From the IMG/VR virus record IMGVR_UViG_2609459795_000007, positions 1 to 25,775 of that record: a stretch of DNA of 25,775 nt. One strand, 5' to 3'. The translations under genes and the position numbers were made by a program. This document shows, in pieces, positions 1 through 9,292 of the stretch. This DNA is from a virus. Its lineage: Duplodnaviria > Heunggongvirae > Uroviricota > Caudoviricetes. How positions within the stretch are numbered: position 1 is the stretch's first letter; every line of letters begins with the position of its first letter. The notes below the pieces were generated by a model, which was not told where the DNA came from, made no database searches, and saw only the letters and a list, made by a program, of their open reading frames with translations.

Positions 1-1056
1 TTATGACGGGGTAATGCCAACCGCTGCCGCCACTTTGTCGCCACTTGGCAGCGTTGCCAGAGGATTGAAACGGAGCGCCGTTTCCAGATGATCCGGTGCC
101 AGATGTGCGTAACGCATAGTCATTTTTATATCGTGGTGTCCGAGAATTTTTTGTAAGGCCAGAATGTTTCCACCCGACATCATGAAGTGCGCCGCAAACG
201 TATGGCGCAGAACGTGTGTGAGTTGACCGCGAGGGAGCACGATAGACGTTTTTTCCATCACGGATAAAAATTGAAAATAGCAGTCTGTGAAGAAATTGAA
301 TCCATCAAGCGCCATGATCTCTTCATAAAGCTCTTTACTGATAGGGATGCTTCTGTTTTTCTTCCCCTTCGTTCTTACAAAGGTAATTCGGTATTTAGTC
401 ACCTGTGATCGGGTAAGGTTTATTGCTTCTCGCCAGCGTGCGCCTGTGTTTAAGCATATCTTGACTACCAGCGCCAGAATTGGGTCCTGACGTTTGCAAT
501 CAGCCAGCAGTTCAACAATCTGCTCATGGGTAAGCCATGCCATCTCTTTTTCTGCGATGGTGAATTTTCGCATGTTCTCCAGTGGGTTTGGATACGACCA
601 TTCGCCCAGGCGGGATAGTTCGCTAAAAACACTACTTAGATAGCTTTGCTCCAGGTTAATGGTGACCGGGCTGGCTCCTTTCTTCCATTTCTCGCTGAAG
701 TAGATCTCACCGGTCAGGCGTTTATCTCGATAGTGGGCAAACATTTTAGAGGTGAGATTGGTTGCAAGAGGATTGCCTAGAGCGTCAACCATCAGCAGCA
801 ATTTGTCATAGACATGCTGCCCAGCAGTCAGAGATTTACCATGTAATTTGAACCATAGCTCAACCACGTCTTTCAGGGTTCGACGATCCACTGATTCGCC
901 CAGCCAGGGCTTTGATTCGGTTTCTTCCATCGTGTGACGCTCAAAAGCCAGAGCTTCGCCTTTGGTGGCGAATTGTTTACGCACACGACGCCCACTTCGT
1001 CCGGCGGGGTAACATTCGCAAAGCCATTTCCCTGTGGTGAGTTTTCGTACTGCCAT
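1..1056 (-). CDS. int: Phage integrase, tyrosine recombinase (P2/186 type); stop codon at bases 1-3, so the att site/prophage boundary lies just left of the window
   Basis: 351-aa ORF; C-terminal catalytic region with conserved ...HVLRHTFAAHF...HHDIKMTMRYAHL... (His/Arg/Tyr of tyrosine recombinases); position next to repressor as in P2/186. Confidence 0.9.
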   Translation of the reverse strand: MAVRKLTTGKWLCECYPAGRSGRRVRKQFATKGEALAFERHTMEETESKPWLGESVDRRTLKDVVELWFKLHGKSLTAGQHVYDKLLLMVDALGNPLATNLTSKMFAHYRDKRLTGEIYFSEKWKKGASPVTINLEQSYLSSVFSELSRLGEWSYPNPLENMRKFTIAEKEMAWLTHEQIVELLADCKRQDPILALVVKICLNTGARWREAINLTRSQVTKYRITFVRTKGKKNRSIPISKELYEEIMALDGFNFFTDCYFQFLSVMEKTSIVLPRGQLTHVLRHTFAAHFMMSGGNILALQKILGHHDIKMTMRYAHLAPDHLETALRFNPLATLPSGDKVAAAVGITPS

Positions 1057-1061
1057 AAAAA

Positions 1062-1081
1062 AGCCCTCATATCAGAGGGCT
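1062..1081 (-). terminator. Rho-independent terminator-like hairpin on the minus strand, directly abutting the int start codon
   Basis: 7-bp stem agccctc/gagggct (1062-1068 / 1075-1081) with 6-nt loop; on the minus strand it is followed by a T6 run (1057-1062) and then the int ATG. Confidence 0.45.
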
Positions 1082-1126
1082 AAATTTAACTGTATATTTG
1101 ACCAGTAGTCAATGTATGGTTTTTAC

Positions 1127-3115
1127 TTAAAAAACATTCTTATCCCCGTGGAAAAAACGTGCAACGTTCAATAGCCAGTCGGGGGTTTTTATTTCATTTG
1201 AATTTGCTAGTATTTCTAAATATTTTTCGCAAAATTCATTTTTTTTTCCTGGTAATTCGAAATAATCCTCAATAGCTTTTTTTTCTGTAATGTTAAGATT
1301 CAAAGCGCCTCCCGATACTGAAGACTCCATTAACTGTGGGGTTTCCATAAAGGACAAACTAGTTTCTCCTTTAGTGTAAAGCATTTTCAGAGTTTCTACG
1401 TAGAAATCAGCATTAAGAGACTGCTCAATTTCTGTAGGTGGATAAACTCGATCATCAGTAACTTTAACAAGGCTTATATTAGATAAGTCTTTATCGAGCA
1501 AGAGTCTTCTTATTTTTATACTTGGTATTGTATCTGTAGCATCATATGGACTATATTTGTGATCTGTATCTAATAATAATAATACTTTTCCTGAGATTGT
1601 TGCTTTGCGATCCTCTAACGCCATAACGAGTAAATTATATATTTTTTTTACTGTAGGGGAGCCACCGACGGATAAAACTATTAGTTTCTCAATGTTTTCA
1701 TAATCCAAGTGAGCGGAAATATATTTTCTATCAGTTTTTCCTTCGCACAATATCCAGTTATAATTATTTCCAGATGTTATTGAATAAACAATTGATTGTG
1801 CTAAGTCGTGATTGCTTTTCATTTCTAAAACGTCAAGGTAAGAGCCATTTGACTCTTTTGCTAGTTCCTTTAATTCATCCTTGTAGTTTTCCAGATCGAG
1901 TGCTTTGATGTATGTTTGAGAGGGGGAAATATATATGGCTGTACCTGAGCCTGTAACAGGTAAAAAACCATACCAATGAGTTGTACAAATAGTCTGTATG
2001 CCTAGGTCGCTAATTTTTTTTATTTTATCAAATTGATTAAAACATGATGTGGCATGTAAGGATAATTCAGGTTCATCAACAGCAAGAATTGTTGAGTGCT
2101 GAGATTTTTGTGGATTATGTTTTAAGAAATTGGTAGCAAGATCTAGCAATGCTTTTCTTTTTTCTCCTGAGCTTAAATTTTGCACAGGGGTCTCTTTATT
2201 AACATCATCAATATGATGTAATATTTTATCACTAAAATATGATTCAATTATTTTAGATATCATATGACGTTGAGTGAAACTATTTTGTCGCTGAGATGGT
2301 TTTTTAAATTGATATCGCCCCTCAAGCTTTGTAGTTAATTGTCTAATAAAATCATTTAAGTGCGAATTTATTGCTGTAATATCCTTTTTCTTAATGATTT
2401 TACTGATTTTTTGTTGGAGATTTTCACCTAATAAAGACTGTAATAAATCGCTTTCAATCCTTGAGTATTCGGATGTGGTTATTTCTGCAGGTAGGTAAAT
2501 ATAATTATAGATATCCTTAATTGTTATTAATAGCTTAGGTAGTATATTGTTAAATTGATATTTTTTATTATTCGTCGAACTATTTTCATTTGCGAGATCA
2601 TCAATTTGCAATCGATAATCATCTATAGATTCGAAAATTGACATGTAGGGGCGAGGAATATCATTTGCAGTTTCTTTTATTATCCCAAGGGGAATTAATA
2701 AATATTCATCTGAAGAATATTTGTATTCTAGTTGCTTCCTGTGTGATATAAATTTCTCAGCTATAGGACGTTGCAATGTATTAAAAACATCACTTTCTAT
2801 TTGCCAAGTGATATCGCTTACGATTTCTAATGCTTTGTATAGGGAATTATTTATCTTTAGCTTGTTTTTATTTATTAAATAAATTGGCACAATGAATGGT
2901 TCTCGAGTATCGAAACCTTGACTGCGCGCTTCATTGTTGATATCAAGTCTATTGATATCAGTTTTATTTAGTACAATATCTAATGCTTGTAATATTGAGC
3001 TTTTCCCGACACCATTTTCACCAATGAGCCAAGAGGATTTATTGTTTAAAGTGAGAGGGATATAATGTTGATTTTTGAAATTCTTGAAATTTCGTAAAAT
3101 AACACCAATAATCAT
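1127..3115 (-). CDS. OLD-family ABC-type ATPase with C-terminal Toprim-like domain (P2 Old-like or fused PARIS AriA-AriB-like candidate defence nuclease)
   Basis: 662-aa ORF; N-terminal Walker A GENGVGKSS; signature-like LSSGEKR; Walker B ILAVDEPELSLH; C-terminal ILCEGKTD ... LLLDTD resembling Toprim acidic motifs; strongly AT-rich relative to flanking genes. Confidence 0.7.
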   Translation of the reverse strand: MIIGVILRNFKNFKNQHYIPLTLNNKSSWLIGENGVGKSSILQALDIVLNKTDINRLDINNEARSQGFDTREPFIVPIYLINKNKLKINNSLYKALEIVSDITWQIESDVFNTLQRPIAEKFISHRKQLEYKYSSDEYLLIPLGIIKETANDIPRPYMSIFESIDDYRLQIDDLANENSSTNNKKYQFNNILPKLLITIKDIYNYIYLPAEITTSEYSRIESDLLQSLLGENLQQKISKIIKKKDITAINSHLNDFIRQLTTKLEGRYQFKKPSQRQNSFTQRHMISKIIESYFSDKILHHIDDVNKETPVQNLSSGEKRKALLDLATNFLKHNPQKSQHSTILAVDEPELSLHATSCFNQFDKIKKISDLGIQTICTTHWYGFLPVTGSGTAIYISPSQTYIKALDLENYKDELKELAKESNGSYLDVLEMKSNHDLAQSIVYSITSGNNYNWILCEGKTDRKYISAHLDYENIEKLIVLSVGGSPTVKKIYNLLVMALEDRKATISGKVLLLLDTDHKYSPYDATDTIPSIKIRRLLLDKDLSNISLVKVTDDRVYPPTEIEQSLNADFYVETLKMLYTKGETSLSFMETPQLMESSVSGGALNLNITEKKAIEDYFELPGKKNEFCEKYLEILANSNEIKTPDWLLNVARFFHGDKNVF

Positions 3116-3191
3116 TTTTTGTCCTTTAAAATTAATTATTTACAGGTCATAATTACTTTAGCGATGATATTAACATCACTGATATTGCACT

Positions 3192-3725
3192 CTATTTTTT
3201 TGATTTTGACTCTAGCATTATGCGGTTATTAGGTAACCTCATTAATTCTCGAACAGAATATATACCGTCAATGGCAATCAACCATAACCCATCATCAATC
3301 TCATCCACACCTCGTCTCACGACATAAGTTATATGCTCATGCTCAAGAGCTGAGATATCTTTTAGGTCATTTGGCAATAGTGATAAATCAAAAATTAAAT
3401 AGCCATTATCAATCAGTTTGCCATCGATAATTTTCTCTCTGGTCAGGCTTACAACATGCGATTTTGCATCCACATACATGGGGCCTTCAGCTGCGGATAG
3501 CCAACGAAGTGAAATACCTGTTTCTAACGCACATTGAATTATCCAATCAGCGGGGAATGTATCTCTCATATATCGATTAGCTAACGTGCTTTTAGAAACA
3601 CCAAGATGTTCAGCCAAAGCCTGTCGTGTCGTAAAGCCATAAGCTTCGACTAATCGCTCAATCGCAGCCTTACCACCTTTATTGGGATTTATTTTGATCT
3701 CACTTGGGTACTTTGATGTTGACAT
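3192..3725 (-). CDS. cI: 186 CI-type immunity repressor (HTH N-terminal domain)
   Basis: 177-aa ORF; ...AYGFTTRQALAEHLGVSKSTLANRYMR... helix-turn-helix; divergent from the Apl/CII operon; its start codon overlaps the -35 of the rightward promoter. Confidence 0.8.
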   Translation of the reverse strand: MSTSKYPSEIKINPNKGGKAAIERLVEAYGFTTRQALAEHLGVSKSTLANRYMRDTFPADWIIQCALETGISLRWLSAAEGPMYVDAKSHVVSLTREKIIDGKLIDNGYLIFDLSLLPNDLKDISALEHEHITYVVRRGVDEIDDGLWLIAIDGIYSVRELMRLPNNRIMLESKSKK

Positions 3726-3747
3726 ATCTCTTTTGCGATCCTAGTAT
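3719..3747 (+). promoter_or_regulatory. Rightward early lytic promoter (pR-like), near-consensus sigma70
   Basis: TTGACA (3719-3724), 17-nt spacer, TAGTAT (3742-3747); drives apl-cII operon; -35 overlaps the cI start codon. Confidence 0.55.
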
Positions 3748-3754
3748 CAGTTTT

Positions 3755-3770
3755 GTACCCGTTTGGGTAC
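3755..3770. promoter_or_regulatory. Perfect inverted repeat GTACCC-N4-GGGTAC just downstream of the pR -10; candidate operator (CI or Apl)
   Basis: gtacccgtttgggtac is palindromic; the motif TTGGGTACTT also occurs at 3704-3713 upstream of the -35, so the two copies flank the promoter. Confidence 0.35.
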
Positions 3771-3820
3771 TTGTCACGATTACTACAGGCTCACCACAAG
3801 CCAATAGGAGATGTTGCATC

Positions 3821-4042
3821 ATGACCCCTAACATTTCAATAACTCTGAATACGCCACACGTCACAATTGAGCGTTATAGTGAACTTACTGGTCTTTCTAT
3901 CGACACCATCAACGATATGCTGGCTGATGGTCGCATCCCTCGCCATCGCCTTCGGAAAGACAAGAAAAGAGAAAAGGTAATGATCAACCTTGCTGCTCTT
4001 ACCGTTGATGCACTTACTGATTGCAATGTTGTATTCAACTAG
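3821..4042 (+). CDS. apl: Apl/Cox-family excisionase and transcriptional regulator
   Basis: 73-aa ORF from ATG 3821 with AGGAG RBS at 3806-3810; first gene of the rightward operon opposite cI; small basic HTH-like protein (the longer ORF-track start at 3704 is implausible). Confidence 0.7.
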   Translation: MTPNISITLNTPHVTIERYSELTGLSIDTINDMLADGRIPRHRLRKDKKREKVMINLAALTVDALTDCNVVFN

Positions 4043-4074
4043 TTCCATTTTGGGATGTATCAGGAGTGTCGACT

Positions 4075-4584
4075 ATGTTTGATTACCAAGTTTCCAAACA
4101 TCCACATTTTGATGAAGCCTGTCGTGCATTCGCACTGCGCCACAACCTGGTGCAGCTGGCAGGACGTGCAGGAATGAATGTGCAGATTCTGCGAAACAAG
4201 CTGAACCCTTCTCAACCTCATTTATTAACCGCACCAGAAATTTGGCTGCTTACCGATCTGACTGAAGATTCGACGCTGGTAGATGGCTTTCTGGCTCAGA
4301 TTCACTGTCTGCCATGTGTACCGATTAATGAGGTAGCAAAAGAGAAACTGCCACATTACGTCATGAGTGCAACCGCAGAGATCGGGCGTGTTGCTGCAGG
4401 TGCGGTATCTGGCGATGTAAAAACCAGTGCAGGTCGTCGTGATGCTATCAGCAGCATTAACTCTGTAACTCGGTTGATGGCGCTGGCTGCTGTTTCATTG
4501 CAGGCCCGTTTACAGGCTAACCCTGCGATGGCGAGTGCAGTTGATACCGTTACTGGCCTCGGTGCTTCATTCGGTTTGCTGTGA
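4075..4584 (+). CDS. cII: 186 CII-like lysogeny-establishment regulator
   Basis: 169-aa ORF from ATG 4075 ([20 protein letters not shown]...) with AGGAG RBS; size and position after apl match 186 cII. Confidence 0.75.
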   Translation: MFDYQVSKHPHFDEACRAFALRHNLVQLAGRAGMNVQILRNKLNPSQPHLLTAPEIWLLTDLTEDSTLVDGFLAQIHCLPCVPINEVAKEKLPHYVMSATAEIGRVAAGAVSGDVKTSAGRRDAISSINSVTRLMALAAVSLQARLQANPAMASAVDTVTGLGASFGLL

Positions 4585-4591
4585 GGTGCTT

Positions 4592-4888
4592 ATGCTGTCG
4601 AAAGAACCATCATTTGCATCGCTGTTGGTAAAGCAAAGCCCGGCAATGCACTACGGTCACGGCTGGATCATGGGTGAGGATGGAAAGCGCTGGCATCCAT
4701 GTCATTCACAAGATGAATTGCTGTCTGAATTGACCACGAGGAAACGGAGAAAGTCAAAATGTATACAGCGGAAAGTGATATGGTTTATCAGTTTTGTTAC
4801 AGAGGGGAGAGTTATTCAGTACCTGAAGATGATTTGCTCTGTTGTTATCCGTCGTTGTCGGGCGATGGCAGTTACTTTTTCACGCTAA
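4592..4888 (+). CDS. Hypothetical early protein (position of 186 fil/dhr region); C-terminal third looks non-protein-like
   Basis: ATG 4592 with GAGGTG RBS; N-terminal ~55 aa look protein-like, the rest overlaps the next ORF in another frame. Confidence 0.4.
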   Translation: MLSKEPSFASLLVKQSPAMHYGHGWIMGEDGKRWHPCHSQDELLSELTTRKRRKSKCIQRKVIWFISFVTEGRVIQYLKMICSVVIRRCRAMAVTFSR

Positions 4889-4983
4889 AGGATGGGACAT
4901 TTTTACGGGGAGAGCAGGTTAAAGAGACGGTACGAAAAAATGTATCTCCCCTTGAGCGTTACCGTAAGAACAAAGAACGATAG
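4759..4983 (+). CDS. Hypothetical early protein (74 aa)
   Basis: ATG 4759 preceded by GGAG 10 nt upstream; hydrophilic, well-composed ORF; overlaps previous ORF by 130 nt. Confidence 0.45.
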   Translation: MYTAESDMVYQFCYRGESYSVPEDDLLCCYPSLSGDGSYFFTLKDGTFLRGEQVKETVRKNVSPLERYRKNKER

Positions 4984-5005
4984 GTGCGTTTGGGGGATAT
5001 GAAGT

Positions 5006-5347
5006 ATGGCAATTAATGGCGCTGCGGCGACTGTTCCATTAAGCCCCGGTGAACGCCTGAATGGACTTAATCACATTGCGGAATTAAGGGCGAAAGTATT
5101 TGGCCTGAATATTGAGTCAGAGCTTGAGCGGTTTATTAAAGATATGCGTGATCCACGGGATATCAATAACGAACAAAATAAACGGGCACTGGCTGCTATA
5201 TTCTTTATGGCAAAAATTCCAGCTGAACGTCATAGCATCAGCATTAATGAGCTGACCACTGACGAAAAGCGGGAGTTGATTAAAGCAATGAATCATTTTC
5301 GTGCAGTGGTGAGCTTATTTCCCAGACGGCTAACCATGCCGAATTAA
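5006..5347 (+). CDS. Hypothetical early protein (113 aa)
   Basis: Intact ORF in operon orientation between cII and the replication genes; no recognisable motif. Confidence 0.55.
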   Translation: MAINGAAATVPLSPGERLNGLNHIAELRAKVFGLNIESELERFIKDMRDPRDINNEQNKRALAAIFFMAKIPAERHSISINELTTDEKRELIKAMNHFRAVVSLFPRRLTMPN

Positions 5348-5414
5348 CCAACTAATGAAATTAATGGCGTAAACCCGCCGGGTATCCCTTTATCTAAATT
5401 CAGGAGAATTGATT

Positions 5415-5648
5415 ATGTGTAATATTGAAACTCTCACGACTAAAACCGGACCGGATGATGCAGGGCTTAATATTTTACTAACAGAGGCTCGTCTGGAAGA
5501 ACGCCGGGCAAGGGCTGAAGCAATGGCAGCTCGCCTTGATAGCCTGGCGTGTCATATCACATCCCGCCAGCTAAACCACGTCGAAGCAGCAGAACTACTG
5601 CGTGTAACTGCTGAAGCAATCCAGAACGAAGCGCAGGAGATCCACTAA
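5415..5648 (+). CDS. Small early protein of unknown function (P2-family early-region small ORF; DUF2732-like by recollection only)
   Basis: ATG 5415 with AGGAG RBS 8 nt upstream; stop overlaps next start (TAATG). Confidence 0.55.
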   Translation: MCNIETLTTKTGPDDAGLNILLTEARLEERRARAEAMAARLDSLACHITSRQLNHVEAAELLRVTAEAIQNEAQEIH

Positions 5649-5875
5649 TGGCTGATGCAATGGATCTCGTACAGCAGCGCGTTGAAGAAGAACGCCAGCG
5701 TCATATCCGTGCTGCCAGTGCCAAAACGCCGGGCGTGTCCCGCGTGCTTTGCATTGAGTGTGAAGCGCCAATTCCGCCAGCACGCCGCCGTGCCATTCCG
5801 GGTGTGCAGCTTTGCATTACCTGTCAGGAAATCGCAGAGCTGAAAGGCAAACATTACAACGGAGGTGCTGTATGA
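5648..5875 (+). CDS. TraR/DksA-family C4 zinc-finger protein
   Basis: 75-aa ORF with CIEC...(17 aa)...CITC, i.e. CxxC-N17-CxxC spacing typical of TraR/DksA rather than Ogr; translationally coupled to neighbours. Confidence 0.7.
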   Translation: MADAMDLVQQRVEEERQRHIRAASAKTPGVSRVLCIECEAPIPPARRRAIPGVQLCITCQEIAELKGKHYNGGAV

Positions 5876-6729
5876 GCACCATCCTGAAATGGGCGGGAAA
5901 TAAAACCGCCGTAATGTCCGAACTGAAAAAACATCTTCCTGCTGGTCCGCGACTGGTTGAACCTTTCGCGGGTTCCTGTGCTGTGATGATGGAGACGGAT
6001 TATCCGTGCTATCTGGTTGCGGATATTAATCCTGATTTAATCAACCTCTATAAAAAGGTTGCCGCTGATTGTGAATCGTTTATATCTCGCGCCAAAGTTT
6101 TATTTGAGAACGCAAACAGGGAGGTGGCTTATTACAACATAAGGCAGGAGTTTAATTACTCAACTGAAATTACTGATTTCATGAAAGCGGTATATTTCCT
6201 GTATCTCAATCGTCACGGTTACCGTGGGTTATGTCGCTATAACAAGAGCGGGCATTTCAACATTCCCTACGGTAATTATAAAAATCCGTATTTCCCTGAA
6301 AAAGAAATTCGCGCATTTGCAGAGAAAGCCCAGCGAGCAACGTTTATCTGCGCCAGCTTTGATGAAACGCTGGCGATGCTGCAGGTGGGGGATGTGGTGT
6401 ATTGCGATCCGCCTTATGACGGTACGTTTTCCGGTTATCACACTGACGGCTTCACTGAAGATGACCAGTATCACCTGGCATCCGTTCTTGAACATCGGTC
6501 ATCAGAAGGACATCCCGTCATTGTTTCTAACAGTGACACATCCCTGATCCGTTCGCTGTATCGCAATTTTACTCACCACTACATCAAGGCAAAACGCAGC
6601 ATCGGTGTGGCAGCTGGTGATAGTAAATCTGCAACAGAAATCATTGCTGTTTCCGGGGCGCGCTGCTGGGTGGGATTTGATCCTTCGCGTGGCGTAGATA
6701 GTTCTGCTGTGTACGAGGTGCGTGTATGA
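5872..6729 (+). CDS. dam: DNA adenine methyltransferase (Dam family, alpha class)
   Basis: ATG 5872 ([11 protein letters not shown]...), GGAGGTG RBS; motif [13 protein letters not shown] close to E. coli Dam; motif IV DPPY (VYCDPPYDG); start overlaps upstream stop, stop overlaps A start. Confidence 0.85.
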   Translation: MSTILKWAGNKTAVMSELKKHLPAGPRLVEPFAGSCAVMMETDYPCYLVADINPDLINLYKKVAADCESFISRAKVLFENANREVAYYNIRQEFNYSTEITDFMKAVYFLYLNRHGYRGLCRYNKSGHFNIPYGNYKNPYFPEKEIRAFAEKAQRATFICASFDETLAMLQVGDVVYCDPPYDGTFSGYHTDGFTEDDQYHLASVLEHRSSEGHPVIVSNSDTSLIRSLYRNFTHHYIKAKRSIGVAAGDSKSATEIIAVSGARCWVGFDPSRGVDSSAVYEVRV

Positions 6730-9140
6730 GTCATGACGATATGAGCAACTCTAGCGGCTTTAACGAGGCCGCTGCATCATTTTCATGGAACGGCCCGAAA
6801 AAGGCCATTAACCCTTATCTGGACCCGGCGGAATTTGCGCCGGAGTCTGCACTTTCAAACCTGATCACTCTGTATGCTGCCGATAACGAGCAGGAACAAC
6901 TGCGCCGCGAGGCACTGAGTGAGCAGGTCTGGGAGCGTTATTTCTTTAATGAATCCCGTGATCCTGTCCAGCGCGAAATGGAGCAGGATAAGCTCATTAG
7001 CCGCGCAAAGCTTGCGCATGAGCAGCAGCTTTTTAACCCGGACATGGTCATTCTGGCAGATGTCAGCGCCCAGCCTACCCACATCAGCAAGCCGCTGATG
7101 CAACGTATCGAATACTTCAGCAGCCTGGGCAGGCCAAAGGCTTATTCCCGCTATTTGCGTGAGACGATTAAGCCATGTCTGGAGCGACTGGATTGTGTAC
7201 GCGACAGTCAGCTATCCGCTTCTTTCCGTTTTATGGCAAGCCATCAAGGGCTTGAGGGCCTGCTGATCCTGCCTGAAATGAGTCAGGATCAGGTAAAACG
7301 CCTGTCCACCCTAGTAGCTGCGCATATGAGCATGTGCCTTGATGCCGCTTGTGGCGATTTATATGCCACCGATGACGTTAAGCCAGAAGAAATCCGCAAG
7401 ACATGGGAAAAGGTGGCAGCGGAAACCCTGCGACTGGATGTTATCCCGCCTGCGTTTGAGCAACTCCGCCGGAAAAGAAACCGCCGCAAACCCGTGCCCT
7501 ATGAACTCATACCGGGTTCGCTGGCACGTATGCTTTGCGCCGACTGGTGGTATCGAAAATTGTGGAAGATGCGTTGCGAATGGCGGGAAGAGCAGTTGCG
7601 TGCTGTTTGCCTGGTCAGCAAAAAAGCATCTCCCTATGTCAGCTATGAAGCCGTGACGCATAAACGTGAGCAGCGCCGTAAGTCGCTGGAGTTTTTCCGT
7701 TCTCATGAACTGGTGAACGAAGACGGCGACACGCTGGATATGGAAGATGTGGTAAACGCCAGCAGCAGCAACCCGGCACATCGCCGCAATGAGATGATGG
7801 CCTGTGTTAAAGGTCTGGAGCTTATCGCAGAAATGCGTGGTGACTGCGCCGTTTTCTACACTATCACCTGTCCGTCACGTTTCCATTCCACGCTCAACAA
7901 CGGCAGACCCAACCCGACCTGGACAAATGCGACGGTAAGACAAAGCAGCGATTATCTGGTCGGCATGTTTGCTGCATTTCGTAAGGCTATGCACAAAGCC
8001 GGGTTGCGCTGGTATGGCGTGCGGGTGGCTGAGCCGCACCATGACGGTACTGTGCACTGGCATCTCATGTGTTTCATGCGCAAAAAAGACCGCCGCGCCA
8101 TTACTGCATTGTTGCGTAAGTTTGCCATCCGTGAAGACCGCGAGGAACTGGGTAATAACACTGGTCCACGCTTTAAATCTGAGCTGATAAACCCACGCAA
8201 AGGAACACCGACAAGCTACATCGCGAAATACATCAGTAAGAACATTGACGGGCGTGGTCTGGCTGGCGAGATCAGCAAGGAAACGGGTAAATCCCTGCGT
8301 GATAATGCTGAATACGTTAATGCCTGGGCGTCTCTGCATCGTGTTCAGCAATTCCGCTTCTTTGGCATTCCGGGGCGTCAGGCTTACCGTGAACTGCGAT
8401 TGCTGGCTGGTCAGGCGGCAAGGCAACAGGGGGACAAAAAAGCAGGTGCGCCGGTACTGGATAACCCGCGCCTTGATGCCATCCTGGCTGCTGCTGATGC
8501 TGGTTGTTTTGCCACCTACATCATGAAGCAGGGCGGCGTACTGGTTCCCCGCAAATATCACCTTATCAGAACAGCTTATGAAATTAACGAAGAGCCGACT
8601 GCTTATGGCGATCACGGTATTCGTATTTATGGCATCTGGTCACCCATTGTACAGGGCAAGATTTGCACTCATGCAGTGAAGTGGAAAATGGTTCGTAAGG
8701 CCGTTGACGTTCAGGAGGCGGCAGCCGACCAGGGCGCTTGCGCCCCTTGGACTCGTGGCAATAACTGTCCCCTTGCTGAAAATTTGAACCAACAAGGGAA
8801 AGACAAATCAGCTGATGGGGACTCCAGAACGGATATTACCCGTATGAATGACAAGGAGTTGCACAATTACCTGCACAGTATGAGCAAAAAAGAGCGCCGG
8901 GAACTGGCTGCAAGGTTACGCCAGGTGAAACCGAAACGGCGTAAAGACTACAAACAGCGAATTACAGACCATCAGCGACAGCAGCTCGTCTATGAACTGA
9001 AGTCCAGGGGATTTGATGGCAGCGAGAAAGAAGTCGATTTGCTCCTTCGCGGCGGCAGTATTCCGTCAGGAGCAGGCCTGCGTATCTTCTATCGGAACCA
9101 GCGTCTGAAGGAAGATGATAAGTGGCGGAACCTGTATTAA
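6726..9140 (+). CDS. A: Replication initiation endonuclease (P2 gpA family, rolling-circle HUH nickase)
   Basis: 804-aa ORF; HUH-like motif TVHWHLMCF and tyrosine motif [13 protein letters not shown] characteristic of P2 A; position before the cos-proximal region. Confidence 0.9.
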   Translation: MSHDDMSNSSGFNEAAASFSWNGPKKAINPYLDPAEFAPESALSNLITLYAADNEQEQLRREALSEQVWERYFFNESRDPVQREMEQDKLISRAKLAHEQQLFNPDMVILADVSAQPTHISKPLMQRIEYFSSLGRPKAYSRYLRETIKPCLERLDCVRDSQLSASFRFMASHQGLEGLLILPEMSQDQVKRLSTLVAAHMSMCLDAACGDLYATDDVKPEEIRKTWEKVAAETLRLDVIPPAFEQLRRKRNRRKPVPYELIPGSLARMLCADWWYRKLWKMRCEWREEQLRAVCLVSKKASPYVSYEAVTHKREQRRKSLEFFRSHELVNEDGDTLDMEDVVNASSSNPAHRRNEMMACVKGLELIAEMRGDCAVFYTITCPSRFHSTLNNGRPNPTWTNATVRQSSDYLVGMFAAFRKAMHKAGLRWYGVRVAEPHHDGTVHWHLMCFMRKKDRRAITALLRKFAIREDREELGNNTGPRFKSELINPRKGTPTSYIAKYISKNIDGRGLAGEISKETGKSLRDNAEYVNAWASLHRVQQFRFFGIPGRQAYRELRLLAGQAARQQGDKKAGAPVLDNPRLDAILAAADAGCFATYIMKQGGVLVPRKYHLIRTAYEINEEPTAYGDHGIRIYGIWSPIVQGKICTHAVKWKMVRKAVDVQEAAADQGACAPWTRGNNCPLAENLNQQGKDKSADGDSRTDITRMNDKELHNYLHSMSKKERRELAARLRQVKPKRRKDYKQRITDHQRQQLVYELKSRGFDGSEKEVDLLLRGGSIPSGAGLRIFYRNQRLKEDDKWRNLY

Positions 9141-9232
9141 TTACGCGGGTTGACAATTCGTGCTCTTAATAATACCAGGCATATCAGGCCGATGAACGTA
9201 AAAAAACGTTTTACATCAGTAAGATTATTATA

Positions 9233-9252
9233 TACTGTAAATATAAACAGTG
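9233..9252 (+). promoter_or_regulatory. LexA operator (SOS box) upstream of the tum/dinI-like operon
   Basis: TACTGTAAATATAAACAGTG: CTGT-N8-ACAG core, 17/20 match to the consensus TACTGTATATATATACAGTA; 40 bp upstream of the ORF starting at 9293. Confidence 0.65.
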
Positions 9253-9292
9253 GTTATGTATACAGTATTGTTTTGGTGTCATAGGAGGAAAG

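Noticed and set aside
873-1070. 65-aa minus-strand ORF overlapping the int 5' end
   Set aside because: Alternative frame within int extending into the terminator hairpin; no RBS.
3704-3820. N-terminal extension of the apl ORF (ORF-track start at 3704)
   Set aside because: It would start inside cI and upstream of the pR -10; the ATG at 3821 with AGGAG RBS is the credible start.
3836-4048. 70-aa minus-strand ORF opposite apl
   Set aside because: Lies antisense within apl; although a leftward promoter is expected here by analogy with 186, the ORF has no RBS and looks non-protein-like.
7875-8615. 246-aa minus-strand ORF inside replication gene A
   Set aside because: Antisense shadow ORF within a GC-rich, clearly coding plus-strand gene; no RBS and a low-complexity product.
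9255-9270. Possible second LexA half-site (tgtatacagtat) just downstream of the LexA box
   Set aside because: Only one CAG-containing half is present; no CTGT partner at the right spacing.
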